Below are positions 10,500 to 22,934 of a stretch of 64,000 nucleotides of DNA, piece by piece (within the stretch, counting starts at the first letter, position 1; every line of letters begins with the position of its first letter). A program made the position numbers and the translations under genes. The notes below the pieces were generated by a model that did not search any database, had not been told where the DNA came from, and was given only the letters and a program-made list of their open reading frames with translations. This DNA is from Eledone cirrhosa (Eukaryota), in NCBI GenBank assembly GCA_964016885.1, contig OZ024748.1:43586001-43650000 (forward strand). The letters run 5' to 3'.

Positions 10500-12992
10500 T
10501 AAAAAATAAAGATAAAGATAATAATGACAAAAATAAAAGTAAAGAAGGGGGTGAGAAAGAAGAAAAGAAAAGATAGCCAAGAAGAGGAGGGAAGGAAGGA
10601 AGAAAACGAAGAAATAGAAGAGGAATGAGGGAGAAGGGGGGATATATGTATTGGTTTTGTGGGTAATTAAAGGGTCTAGATATAAGAGGGTATAAAGTCT
10701 AAGTATATGCAGTTTGTCAGTTGGTAGTAAGAGGTTAAGGGTTCGTTTTGTAGTGCGAAAACTTCTCTTTGAGTCTATGGTTACACTAAATTGATCTTTA
10801 GATTTTATTGTTGAGTAACTTATTCTTCGAACTCAAGATGTGGAACAGCTCAAGGTCGCATAATTGACAGCTTCTCATACCACTCCGATATGGGGGCGCG
10901 TTCGATAATTTTTTCCACTTGAAGGTGTATTGATGGTTACTTTCCCTCAGTTGCCAGGTCTTGTTTGCAAGGATAGTTACATAACGATGCTAGGAATGTT
11001 TCATTGCGTAACGGTGTGTATACCAACGGGCTTTAAATGTATTCCCAGTCGCTCCAATGTAATACTTCTGGTTGTCTGATTCCACTGTGCATTGGTAAAC
11101 CAGGTTAGACTGCATGGACAGGTTTCAGGTAGGTGGCAGTTACAATTCTTGTCATGGGCAACTTTGGCATTATTGGTGGGCTGCGATGCCTGTACAAGTG
11201 TGTTACGTTTTGTTTGCCTATTAGCGAGTGGTTGTGTATTAGATATTCTGTTGAGTTCGGTGGTGATTGTATTGTTATTGTTGTAAATTTGCGTTTTGGT
11301 GTTGTTATGTATCTTTTTAGCGTTAAGCATCTTAATGTGTGCCTCTATGTTTGGGGCCGTGGAGTAAGATAGTCTAATAGATTTAGTGTTAAGGATTTTG
11401 CTGTATCTATGTAAATCTGGAAAGTGCTTATTTGTTATTCTAAAGAAGGTAGAGGGTAGGTTAGTACTAATAGAGGTGTTAAATATGGGGTTATACCAAA
11501 TATATTTTCTACTGCGTGACTTGTTTGATTTCGATGTTGTATTTCTATTTGCCGTATACTTTGCAGTTCTATGCGTAAGTGCGTGTGTGCGTGTTACCAG
11601 AGTTTGTGTTATGTGTGTTCGTCTGCGCTTCACGGAGGCTTTCATCTATATATTCTATTCTAAGTGGCCTGCTTTGTCTAATGCGGTATTGTAGTATTCT
11701 GCATGTTCTTCGAAGATTTGTCGGTTAGACGAGAGGCGGGAGATCCTAAGGGATATGCTGCATGGAATGGATTTAATTATGGATAGTGGGTGGTTTGAGT
11801 TACAGTTGATGTATGCTAAGTTTTCATTAATCTTGTGAAAAGGTCTTATAAGTCCCGTATTTAGGTTAAGCGTCGCGTCTAGAAAGTTAACTGTTTTAGT
11901 GCTATACTCATACATTATGCTAAGGCCTAGTTTTCCGAGAGTCTTTCTAATATTCTTATGGAGTCTTTCTATGCTCTGGTTATTTAGGTTCTTAACTAGG
12001 AGAAGGGCGTTGTCTCTGTAGATTCCACTGTGAAGGTCGCTAAACTCACTTTGTAAACTATGGGCTATGTAAATACCTACTAAATCTGTGACTTGAGCCG
12101 AGTCGTTAGCCCCCATCATGATGTCAAAGTTATTTAATCTATCCTTACGTTCCCAATAGGCATTTTCAAATTTAATTACTGTTTTCCTAGCAGCTAATAT
12201 GATTTTTATCTCGTCGTCTGTTATGTCAGAATTGGCTTTGGCTAATGCTAAGGCTTTATCCAAGGTGTTGGGGGATATAGATGAGTAATAATCGTTAATG
12301 TCAAATTGTATAAATTTAGATACTTCTTTGTTAGCTATATTGTTAAACCACTTGTTTCGGTAGCGTTGCCCCATAGTTTAATCACTAGTTTATTCTTCAT
12401 TTGTGCTATCACTCTGTCTAATATATGTTTACTAATTTTCCCGATGTCCGATTTGGACGGGCATATAAGTCTAATTGTGGGGTTATAATCAAAATTTACC
12501 TTGTGGTCCTTGAGGTTAAATGAGGGGGTACAAGGCCTAAGTGGCTCCGTTCTGTCCTCTATTCCTAGGTGTTTGACTATATTGTGTGCTTCGTTGTTGA
12601 TGTTTATCAGTGCCGCCTCATTAGTTTTTTTGTATTTCCTATGTAATTCCTTCCGTATGAAGCTATTGTATGTATTAACATCCATCGTATACACATTTGA
12701 TGTTTTGTCCGCTTTGACAATAATTCCATTGGTGGTTCGCAGCTTTTTTAGGAATGTATTTATGTCATTCTGGAGTTTATTATTCCTCCGCTTTTTGAAT
12801 TTGTTTTGCGTTTACAGATTGACTTTGTTAGTTTCAGAAGATCCCGTTAAGGGTGAAAGCAGCGATTCGTTGCTTAAACTTTAATCTGTTATTTTAATAA
12901 ATATTTGCTCTACACTTCTTATATATTTGATATATATTTATCCTTATCGAGCCCTCTTTGGATTTTAGTCTTCAAATTTATTATTATTACTA
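10500..12992 (-). mobile_element. Degenerate Penelope-like element (Naiad-like RT + CxC linker + GIY-YIG remnant) with an inverted terminal repeat at its 5' side
   Basis: RT motifs KDHK..F..NP..RLICPSKS.IG, FDI..YYSSI, MG..DSAQVTDLVG, GIYRDN, VNFLD, SNHP, IWYNP and CNC..CP, spread over several frames. Confidence 0.9.
12814..12889 (+). ncRNA. Type I hammerhead ribozyme fold with variant core CAGAAGA
   Basis: Stem I agttt/aaact plus distal acagatt/aatctgt; core CAGAAGA at 12835; stem II ccc/ggg; GAAA at 12855; stem III gcagc/gttgc; CUU site. Confidence 0.65.
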
Positions 12993-13007
12993 TATATATA
13001 TATATAT

Positions 13008-16000
13008 CATCATCATCATCATCATCATCAACGTTTAACGTCCGTGTTCCACGCTTGCATGGGTTTGGACGGGGGTAGTCCCACTTGAGGCAAGAGTGAT
13101 TGTCTTGCTCGCATAGGACTGTCTGGCAGGTTTTCTACAGTTGGATGCCCTTCCTAACACCAACCACATTTACAGTGTGGGTCTGGGAGGTTTTTACCGT
13201 GTTGCCTACACGGCCACATTACAGCGTGGACTGTGTGTTTTTTTGTCGTGACACCTACACGATCTCATTTGTTTCGGCCTACACGATCTCATTTGTTTCG
13301 GCCTGGATGGCGCGGCACCAACATAACTTTACATAGAACGGGGTGGTATGGATGGGGTGGGGGTGGTGGTGGTGGGACGGGGTGTATTTTGTTAGAGATG
13401 CCTACTGGCTGGAGTAGGTTTTACTATATATAATTAGGTAAGGCGGGTTTCTCTGTTACTGAGTACCACCAAAGGTCTCGGTCCAGTGACATTGTCTTGG
13501 AGAGGTGTAAGTGTGTGATGTCGGAGTTTATCAGCTCGTCCCAGGTTTTTCTAGGTCTGCCTATTCCGTGACTACCGTCTATCTTTATTGCCCTGCACTT
13601 TGTTATACAGCTATCGACTTTCATGCGCATCACGTGTCCATACCAACGTAGCCTTCTCTCGAGTAAACAACATCTGATCCCTCTTATCTCTAATTTTTTC
13701 CTTAGTTCGTTTCTGCTTTGCCGTTCACGTATATTACTGTTACACATCCAGCGGAGCATGCAAGCTTCGTTCCTCTCTAGTCTGCGTATATCCTCTGCAC
13801 ACAATGCCCAGGTCTCACTGCCATGCAACATTGCTGTTCGTATGCAGGCATCGTACAACCTGCCTTTCATTTTTAGGGAGAACCCTTTAGCAGCTAATAG
13901 TGGTATAAGCTCTCTGAACTTTTTCCAACCAGTTCTGACTCTAGCTACAGTACTTTCAGAGCACCCTCCCCCACTGCTGATTTTATCGCCCAGGTAACGG
14001 AAGCTGTCCACTATTTCTATAGAACCCTCTGCGCAATTGAAAGAGCTAGTATTTTGTGGGCACTTGCTGCTACTTATTGCACCAGAACACCGGCCACATG
14101 TAAAATCTATGTTCTTAGTTAGCTTACCTGTGATCCCACTACATCTTTTATGCACCCATACTTTGCATTTAGGACATAAAATGGAGTTTCTACCTACGCC
14201 TTTCCTACACACCGAGCACGACCATTTCTCAGAAGGGACCGCCGCCTTGTTTTCTTTCCTACAAACTAGAACTTTGGTCTTAGCCAGGTTAATTTTAAGT
14301 CCTTTTGACTCTAGGCCGTGCTTCCATGTTTGGAATTTCTTCTCTAGCTCGGCCATTGATTCCGCTATGAGTGTCAGGTCGTCTGCGTATAGGAGTTCCC
14401 ATGGGCAGCCTGTCTTGAACTCCTCTGTTATAGCCTGAAGGGCAATAATAAATAGTAGGGGGCTGAGAACAGAGCCCTGATGGACGCCAACTTTTACGCT
14501 AAACTCTTCACTATATTCGTTGTTAATTCTAACCTTGCTGACTGTTTCTTTATACATGGCTTGTATAGCCCTCACAAGCCATTCGTCAACGCCTAGTTTT
14601 CTAAGAGCCCACCAGATAATGGAGCGGGGGACTCTGTCGAAGGCTTTCTCCAAGTCGACAAAAGCTAAGTAGAGGGGTTTACCTTTAGCTAGGTACTTCT
14701 CCTGTAGTTGTCGTACTATGAAAAGAGCGTCTGTGGTACTTTTGCCTGACACAAACCCGAACTGCATTTCATCTAGGTCAATTCTCTCTCTGATTAGTTG
14801 CGCTATTACTTTTTCCGTGACCTTCATGACCTGGTCGATTAATTTAATGCCTCTATAGTTACTCCTATCTAGGGCGTCTCCTTTACCCTTATAACAGTTA
14901 ACGATGATGCTGCTATGCCAGTCCTTCGGAACAACCCCATTCTGTACGACTTGGTTAACTATGCGGGTGACCATGGTGTGTCCCACCGTGCCAGATGCCT
15001 TCAGCATCTCAGCAACTATTTCCGAAGGCCCAGCCGCCTTACCCGTCTTCATATCCTTGATTGCCTTACTTATTATACTCCCCTCGACTAACACTGCTGG
15101 TCCCTCTATTGGGTCGATATGGGGGAGACTGTCTTTCTCCCATTTATTCTCCTCATTTAGTAGCCTTTCATAGTGACACTTCCAAGCTACCTTCTTATCA
15201 GTGTCGGTGATGGCAAGTATGCCATCATCGTTAAGTACACACTTCTCCCCGACAATATCACGGTTTTCCTTGACGCATTGCCTAGCAATCCTGAACACCT
15301 CACATTTTTGGTCATCGCGTTGTAGAACATGCTTGAACTTTCTTTCCTCAGCTTCCCTTCTTGCTAAGTACACTTCTCTCCTAGCTTCCCTCCTGGCCAC
15401 TTGATAGTCTACTCTACTTCCCCCATCCCGCCATACTTTCCAAGCCTGCTTTTGGCCTTAATTGACCCCTCCACCTTACTGTTCCACCACCATGTTACTC
15501 TCCTCCTGCCTACAGGCCTGCTCCAGCCACAGACTTCGTCTGTTGCCAACAGCAGGTTTGCTTTCAGAAATTCCCACTGTCCCTCTATATTGTCCGACTC
15601 TAAATGTTCTTCTTTACTGTCGAAAGCATCAAGTAATATGCTTTGAAATTTATTTCTGGCTGTGGGGTCCTTTAGCTTCCATATTTTTCTCCTGAGGATA
15701 GTCCTCTTCTGCTGTCGAGTACGTCTCGTCCTGACTATGAGGTCGCTAATTATCAGTCTATGTTGGGAGGTGCATTCTTCATGGGGGAGGGATTTAGTGT
15801 TTACAACAGACACTCTGTCACGTCTTCTGGTAAGGATATAATCTACCTGGCTTGTGTGTTCCCCGGATCTATAGGTGATCAGGTGATTGTCACGTTTTTT
15901 GAAGTTAGTGTTACAGATAGTTAGGTTATTTGCATCACAGAATTCCAGGATTCTGGAGCCTTCCTCATTTCTAGTACCAAACCCATAGCCTCCATGGATT

Positions 16001-17291
16001 TCGTCGTAGCCGTCACAATGTTGTCCAACGTGACCATTTAGGTCGCCTGCAATAATTATATAGTCACTGTCAGATATTTGGGAGGTAGTTAGCAACAGTG
16101 TCTCATAGAATCTGTCTTTTATAGTGCCGGGCAGTCCGGATTGGGGTGCGTACGCAGATATTACTGTCACCGTAGTTCTATTGAGGACAAGTCGTATTTT
16201 AATTATTCTGTCGTTCACTCTATTTACGTCTATTATCTTATCTGCCCACTTTTCTGCTACCATGATTCCTACTCCACCCAGCCCATCGTCGTTTCCCACC
16301 CAGAAAAGCTTATAACATCGTTTTTTACCCTCAATGAATCTAGCAAACCCACCCTTCCACCTGGTCTCTTGAATACAACAAACATCGACCTCCTTACGTT
16401 CAAGCATTTCTACAACCTCGTTAGCGCGACCCTTTAGGGTGCCTACATTTATGGTACCAACTCTGAAGTTTTGGATTGCGTTTGGAGGGTGGGGGGGGCG
16501 GGGGGAGATGGGGTTATGTTAGCCATCCGCGGACGAAACAAAGAGGAGTGCTCGCATTCTCGTCCACGAGGTGAATTTGACTTTAACTTTGGCATTTTCG
16601 CTCTGAGCGTCCAGATTTTTCTCTCCCTTCCACTCTCCAGGATTCCGCAGTCCGTCCATCCATCCATCCATTCATCATATATCGAAGGCAACCGGGCAAG
16701 CGATAGTATAGGCCTCTGGCTTATGATTGGTCCGTGTAATAATAATAATGGTGATGCGTGGGGGGGGCTCTGGCTTATAATAATAATGGTGATGCGTGGG
16801 GGGGGCTCTGGCTTATGATTGGTCCACGTATTAAGAATGGTGGTGTGTGGGGGCGGGTGGGAGGGGTGTGGGGTAGCTAGCTGGAAGGTTATGAATGTTT
16901 AACAAGCGATTAACAAAAAGCAAAACTGCAAGATTTGTTCTGTTCAATACGACAAAAACAACCGTATTTAAACCTAAATAAATAACAAAAAATACAGATT
17001 TCGGATTTTGCGAGATTGGATGTTTGGACTATGTACGAAATTGGAGCGTGGAGTAGATAGAAAAATGTGTACGTTACGATTACATGGGTACACCGTAGTA
17101 GGAATAATTGAAGCAGCGATGGATTGGCGAAAAGTGAATAAACATGAAGGAGAACTTATCTTATATATATATATATATGTGTAGCTAAGAGAGAGAGAGA
17201 GGGGAAGGGGAAGAGAGAGAGAGGGGAAGGGGGAGAGAGAGAGAGTGGCTGACCGCAGCCCCTCGTGGAGTAGATGGAGGGTGAAGGGTGT

Positions 17292-17294
<3 letters not shown>
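13008..17294 (-). mobile_element. Near full-length RTE-clade LINE (APE endonuclease - RT with inserted PHD finger), inserted in (TA)n
   Basis: APE motifs (VGTINVGTL, CIQETRW, AYAPQ, GDLNGHVG, VDYIL, SQH) and RT motifs (QFGF, FVDLEKAFDRV, GVHQGSVLSPLLF, LLYADD, YLG, RRLRWYGHV, GRPRKTW). 3'UTR ends in (GAT)n. (TA)n on both sides. The 5' boundary is approximate. Confidence 0.95.
13424..16526 (-). pseudogene. RTE APE-RT ORF with two apparent 1-nt frameshifts (~15450 and the C-run at ~16490-16506)
   Basis: ORFs 15409-16407 and 13424-15400 join if one A is added in AAGGCCAAAA(A)GCAGGCTTGG; there are no internal stops in the 658-aa RT part. Confidence 0.85.
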
Positions 17295-17334
<40 letters not shown>

Positions 17335-17336
<2 letters not shown>

Positions 17337-17850
17337 GTAGGAGGTGAGTTTTATTGTAGTATAATAAAGCAATGCAGATATCGGATAAGAAGCACTCTAC
17401 AGTTTGTGGGACTGGAGTATGCATAATATAAGATCAAAAGATGGTTAGAGGAGTTCCATATATTTTATTATGCGCATTTCAAAAACAAACATCATCAAAC
17501 AATAATATTTACGTTTTCATCAGATAAAACAGGAGAACATGATATGAAGGCTAAAAAACACTTGTTGATAGTGCAGTTTTAAATCAACATATGAAAAGTG
17601 GTTTTAGATTGATGTGTGATATTGGGAAAAATATTTTATTTAGAGAGTGGGGGGAGAAAAGGATGAAAAGGGAAGGAGATGAGAGGGAGAGATGGGTGAT
17701 AGAGAGAAAGAGATAGTTTTTATAACTGAGAGGAGATATATTTTATATAGAGGGGTTGAAAACCGTTGGAAGATACTGTATAAATTAAAAATTTTGAAAA
17801 TTAACGAAGGGAGGATATGTGCGAGGAAAAAATATTTTATTTAGGGATAA
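17335..17850 (-). mobile_element. Solo Penelope 3' terminal fragment related to 32830-33060
   Basis: 17422-17530 is the reverse-complement homolog of 32950-33060; pyrimidine-rich leader; ends near (TA)n. Confidence 0.75.
17463..17529 (-). ncRNA. Minimal type I hammerhead ribozyme
   Basis: Minus strand: ttttat-CTGATGA-aaacgtaaatattatt/gatgatgtttgttttt-GAAA-tgcgca-TA-ataaaa. Confidence 0.82.
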
Positions 17851-18277
17851 AAGGCACATGGCTTAGTGGCTAGAGAATTGGGCTTGCAATCAAAAGGTTG
17901 TGAGTTCAATTCTCAGACCGGGTGATGTGTTGTTTCCTTGAGCAAGACATTTTATTTCACATTGTTTCAGTTTACTCAGCTGTAGAAATGAGATGATAGC
18001 GACTGGGGTCCATATCATTCCACTGCAAAGTGGTCGTGGAGGTGCCAAGGTAAATAAACACCCAGCCCACTCTGTAAAGTGGACGTGTAGGCGCCACAGT
18101 ACAAAAAGCACCCAGTACTCACTGTAAATGAGGTTAGTATTAGGAAGGGCATGAATCAGTTCCCATATGAGCAAGACAAGGTCAGCTGACCAGACAGTTC
18201 CCACAACAGGACAACCCATCTAACCCATGCTAACGTGGAAGAACAGACGTAAAATGGTGATGGTGATGATGATGATG
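17851..18277 (+). mobile_element. tRNA-derived SINE whose 3' half matches the 3'UTR of the RTE at 22935-25770
   Basis: A/B boxes at 17858-17911; 18020-18277 aligns to the reverse complement of 22935-23200; (GAT)n tail. Confidence 0.88.
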
Positions 18278-18299
18278 ATATATATATATATATATATAT

Positions 18300-19695
18300 T
18301 GCCCTTCAGGCTATAACAGAGGAGTTCAAGACCGGCTGCCCATGGGAACTCCTATACGCAGATGATCTAACGCTCATAGCTGAATCAATGGCCGAGCTAG
18401 AGAAGAAATTCCAAACATGGAAGCACGGCCTAGAATCAAAAGGCCTTAAAATTAACCTGGCTAAGACTAAAGTTCTAGTTTGTAGGAAAGAAAATAAGGT
18501 GCTGGTCCCTTCCGGGAAATGGCCATGCTCGGTGTGTAGGAAAGGCGTAGGTAGAAACTCCATTTTATGTCCCAAATGCAAAGTATGGGTACATAAAAGA
18601 TGTAGTGGGATCACAGGTAAGCTAACTAAGAATATAGATTTTATATGTGGCCGGTGCTCTGGTGCAATAAGTAGCAGCAAGTGCCCACAGAATACTAACT
18701 CATTCCATTGCACAGATGGTTCTATAGAAATAGTGGACAGCTTCCGTTACCTGGGTGACAAAATCAGCAGTGGGGGAGGGTGCTCTGAAAGTACAGTAGC
18801 TAGAGTCAGAACTGGGTGGAAAAAGTTCAGAGAGCTTATACCACTATTAGACGCTAAGGGGTTCTCTCTAAAAATGAAAGGCAGGCTGTATGATGCCTGC
18901 ATACGAACAGCAATGTTACATGGCAGTGAGACCTGGGCATTGTGTGCAGAGGATATACGCAGACTGGAGAGAAACGAAGCTTGCATGCTCCGCTGGATGT
19001 GTAATAGTAATATACGTGAACGGCAAAGCATAAACGAACTAAGGGAGAAATTAGAAATAAGAGGGATCAGATGTTGTTTACTCGAGAGAAGACTACGTTG
19101 GTATGGTCACGTGATGCGCATGAAAGACGACAGCTGTATAAAAAAGTGCAGGGCAATAAAAGTAGACGGTAGCCACGGAGTAGGCAGACCCAGAAAAACC
19201 TGGGACGACTTGATAAATTCCGACCTCACACACTTACACCTCTCCAAGACAGTGTCACTGGACCGAGATCTTTGGCGCTACACAGTAATAGAGAAGACCT
19301 TAAAGAAGCCTTACCTAAGTGCAAAGTGAAACCTACTACAGTCAGTAGGCACCTCTAACAAAATACACCCCCGTCCCACTACCCCCACCCCATCCACACC
19401 ACCCCTTTCAATGTAAAGTTATGTTGGTACCACAACATCCAGCCCGAAACAAACGAGGTTGTGTAGGTGTCACGACAAAAAACACACAGTCCACGCTGTA
19501 ATGTGGCCGTGTAGGAAACACGGTAAAAACCTCCCAGTTCCACACTGTAAATGTGGTTGGTGTTAGGAAGGGCATCCAGCCGTAGAAAACCCGCCAGACA
19601 GTCCTATGCGAGCAAGACAACCACTCCTGCCTCAAGTGGGAAAACTCCCATCCAAACCCATGCGAGCATGGAATAACGATGATGATGATGATGAT
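18300..19695 (+). mobile_element. 5'-truncated RTE LINE copy (RT C-terminal half with PHD, open to the stop at 19329), 3'UTR, (GAT)n
   Basis: The 313-aa ORF is near-identical to the end of the 658-aa ORF; it starts immediately after (TA)n. Confidence 0.95.
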
Positions 19696-19947
19696 TGTTA
19701 TATATATTGCCCTAGCATGGCCTCAACGGTTGACAAGGACAAGTAAAAGATAATTATTTAAAAAATTATGAATTTACAATAGACTAGCTTTACATCCATG
19801 CTGAAGATGGTAGCTATAACACAGTATGAAAGCTATAACAGCTTTCATGAAACCAAGAAATAATTACAGATAAGATTATATAATCACAGCAGTTAATCTC
19901 TTTACATTAGTAGAGATTGGAGAGAGATAAAACATCAGATTACCACA

Positions 19948-20935
19948 GTTTCTAGAGCTATTTAAATATCCCAGAAGAGAGTACTGACTCCTAGTTTCTA
20001 GAGCTATTTAAATATCCCAGAAGAGAGTACTGACTCCTAGTTTCTAGAGCTATTTAAATATCCCAGAAGAGAGTACTGACTCCTAGTTTCTAGAGCTATT
20101 TAAATATCCCAGAAGAGAGTACTGACTCCTAGTTTCTAGAGCTATTTAAATATCTCAGAAGAGAGTACTGACTCCTAGTTTCTAGAGCTATTTAAATATC
20201 CCAGAAGAGAGTACTGACTCCTAGTTTCTAGAGCTATTTAAATATCCCAGAAGAGAGTACTGACTCCTAGTTTCTAGAGCTATTTAAATATCCCAGAAGA
20301 GAGTACTGACTCCTAGTTTCTAGAGCTATTTAAATATCTCAGAAGAGAGTACTGACTCCTAGTTTCTAGAGCTATTTAAATATCCCAGAAGAGAGTACTG
20401 ACTCCTAGTTTCTAGAGCTATTTAAATATCCCAGAAGAGAGTACTGACTCCTAGTTTCTAGAGCTATTTAAATATCCCAGAAGAGAGTACTGACTCCTAG
20501 TTTCTAGAGCTATTTAAATATCCCAGAAGAGAGTACTGACTCCTAGTTTCTAGAGCTATTTAAATATCCCAGAAGAGAGTACTGACTCCTAGTTTCTAGA
20601 GCTATTTAAATATCCCAGAAGAGAGTACTGACTCCTAGTTTCTAGAGCTATTTAAATATCCCAGAAGAGAGTACTGACTCCTAGTTTCTAGAGCTATTTA
20701 AATATCCCAGAAGAGAGTACTGACTCCTAGTTTCTAGAGCTATTTAAATATCTCAGAAGAGAGTACTGACTCCTAGTTTCTAGAGCTATTTAAATATCCC
20801 AGAAGAGAGTACTGACTCCTAGTTTCTAGAGCTATTTAAATATCCCAGAAGAGAGTACTGACTCCTAGTTTCTAGAGCTATTTAAATATCCCAGAAGAGA
20901 GTACTGACTCCTAGTTTCTAGAGCTATTTAAATAT
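19948..20935. repeat. 46-bp tandem repeat x~21, highly homogeneous
   Basis: Unit agtttctagagctatttaaatatcccagaagagagtactgactcct; one recurrent C>T variant. Confidence 0.98.
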
Positions 20936-20977
20936 CTTTGACAAGAGGTCTACTCAAATGGCGACACACAAACACAC

Positions 20978-21097
20978 AAGCCAAATCAGTTCTGTGTGAG
21001 CGAATCACAGTCTCCCTGACCTGATCTCTCACAAACGGACAGCCTGTCCTATCCATGCTAGCATGGAAGATGGACGTTGAATGATGATGATGATGAT
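20978..21097 (+). mobile_element. RTE/SINE 3'-tail fragment
   Basis: atcagttctgtgtgagc...ccatgctagcatggaagatggacgttgaa(tga)n. Confidence 0.7.
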
Positions 21098-21180
21098 GTG
21101 TGTGTGAGTGTGTTGTTACTTAGGTGTGTAACTACAGTTTTATATATACATGTAAACAAACGTAGATATATGTAACATGT

Positions 21181-22563
21181 ATCATCATTTCATTTTCATT
21201 TCATTTTACGTCCGATTTTCCCTGCTTGCAAGGGTGGGACGGGAACTGATTCTGGCCTAATTTCTACAGCTGGATGCCCTTCCTAACACCAACCTTGTTT
21301 ACAGTGAGTGCTGGGTGCTTTTTTGCCGTGGCACCTCCACGACCACTTTACAGTGGAATGATAGGGACCTGCCTTTCATTTTTAGGGAGAACCCTTTAGC
21401 GGCTAATAGTGGTATGAGCTCTCTGAACTTTTTCCACCCAGTTCTGACTCTAGCTACTGTACTTTCAGAGCACCCTCCCCCACTGCTGATTTTGTCAACC
21501 AGGTAACGGAAGCTGTCCACTATTTCTATAGAACCTTCTGCGCAGTTGAAAGAGCTAGTATTTTTGGGGCACTTGCTGCTACTTATTGCCCCAGAACACC
21601 GGCCACATGTAAAATCTATGTTCTTAGTTAGCTTACCTGTGATCCCACTACATCTTTTATGCACCCAAACTTTGCATTTGGGACACAAAATGGAGTTTCT
21701 ACCTACGCCTTTCCTACACTCTGAGCATGGCCACTTCCCGGAGGGGACCGCCGCCTTATTTTCTTTCTTACAAACTAGAACTTTAGTCTTAGCCAGGTTA
21801 ATTTTAAGGCCTTTTGATTCTAGGCCGTGCTTCCATGTTTGAAATTTCTTCTCTAGCTCGGCCATTGTTTCACTATGAGCATTAGATCATCTGCGTATAG
21901 GAGTTCCCATGGGCAGCCGGTCTTGAACTCCACTGTTATAGCCTGGAGGGCAATAATAAATAGTAGGGAGCTAAGAACAGAGCCCTGATGAACACCAACT
22001 TCTACACTAAACTCTTCACTATATTCGTTGTTAATTCTAACCTTGCTGACTGTTTCTTTATACATGGCTTGTATAGCTCTCACAAGCCATTCATCAATAC
22101 CTAGTTTTCTAAGAGACCACCAGATAATGGAACGGGGGACTCTGTTGAAGGCTTTCTCCAAGTCGACGAAAGCTAAGTATAGGGGTTTACTTTTAGCTAG
22201 GTACTTCTCCTGTAGTTGTCGTACAATGAAAAGAGCGTCTGTGGTACTTTTTCCAGACACAAACCCGAACTGCATTTCATCTAGATCAATTCATTCTCTG
22301 ATTAGTTGCGCTATTACTTTTTCCGTGACCTTCATGACCTGGTCGATTAATTTAATGCCTCTATAGTTACTCCTATCTAGGGCGTCTCCTTTACCCTTAT
22401 AACAGTTAACGATGATGCTGCTACGCCAGTCCTTCGGAACAGCCCCATTCTGTATGACTTGGTTGACTATCCGGGTGACCATGGTGTGTCCCACCGTACC
22501 AGATGCCTTCAGCATCTCGGCAACTATTTCCGAAGGCCCAGCCGCCTTACCCGCCTTCATATC
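21181..22563 (-). mobile_element. Chimeric insertion: RTE internal RT fragment (21367-22563) fused to a SINE-type 3' tail (21181-21366)
   Basis: RT homology stops at ..KMKGR; the remainder matches 3020-3192. Confidence 0.88.
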
Positions 22564-22564
22564 T

Positions 22565-22677
22565 TTGTGTGTGTATACATATATATATATGTGTGTGTGT
22601 ATATATATATGTATATATGTGTGTGTATATATATATGTATATATGTGTGTGTATATATATATACATATATATATATA

Positions 22678-22724
<47 letters not shown>

Positions 22725-22934
22725 ATATATATATATATGTGTGTATATATATATATATGTGTGTATATATATATATATATATGTGTGTATATATATATAT
22801 ATGTGTATATATATATATATGTGTGTATATATATATATGTGCGTGTGTATATATATATATATGTCTGTGTGTGTATATATATATATATGTGTGTATATAT
22901 ATATATATATGTGTGTGTGTATATATATATATAT
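22565..22934. repeat. (TA/TG)n compound microsatellite
   Basis: Direct inspection. Confidence 0.97.

Noticed and set aside
17235-17294. HDV-like ribozyme at the RTE 5' end
   Set aside because: Could not build the nested double pseudoknot by eye; needs a descriptor search
19797-19860. CTGAAGA...atgaaagct/agctttcat-GAAA
   Set aside because: No stem III/NUH or stem I could be formed
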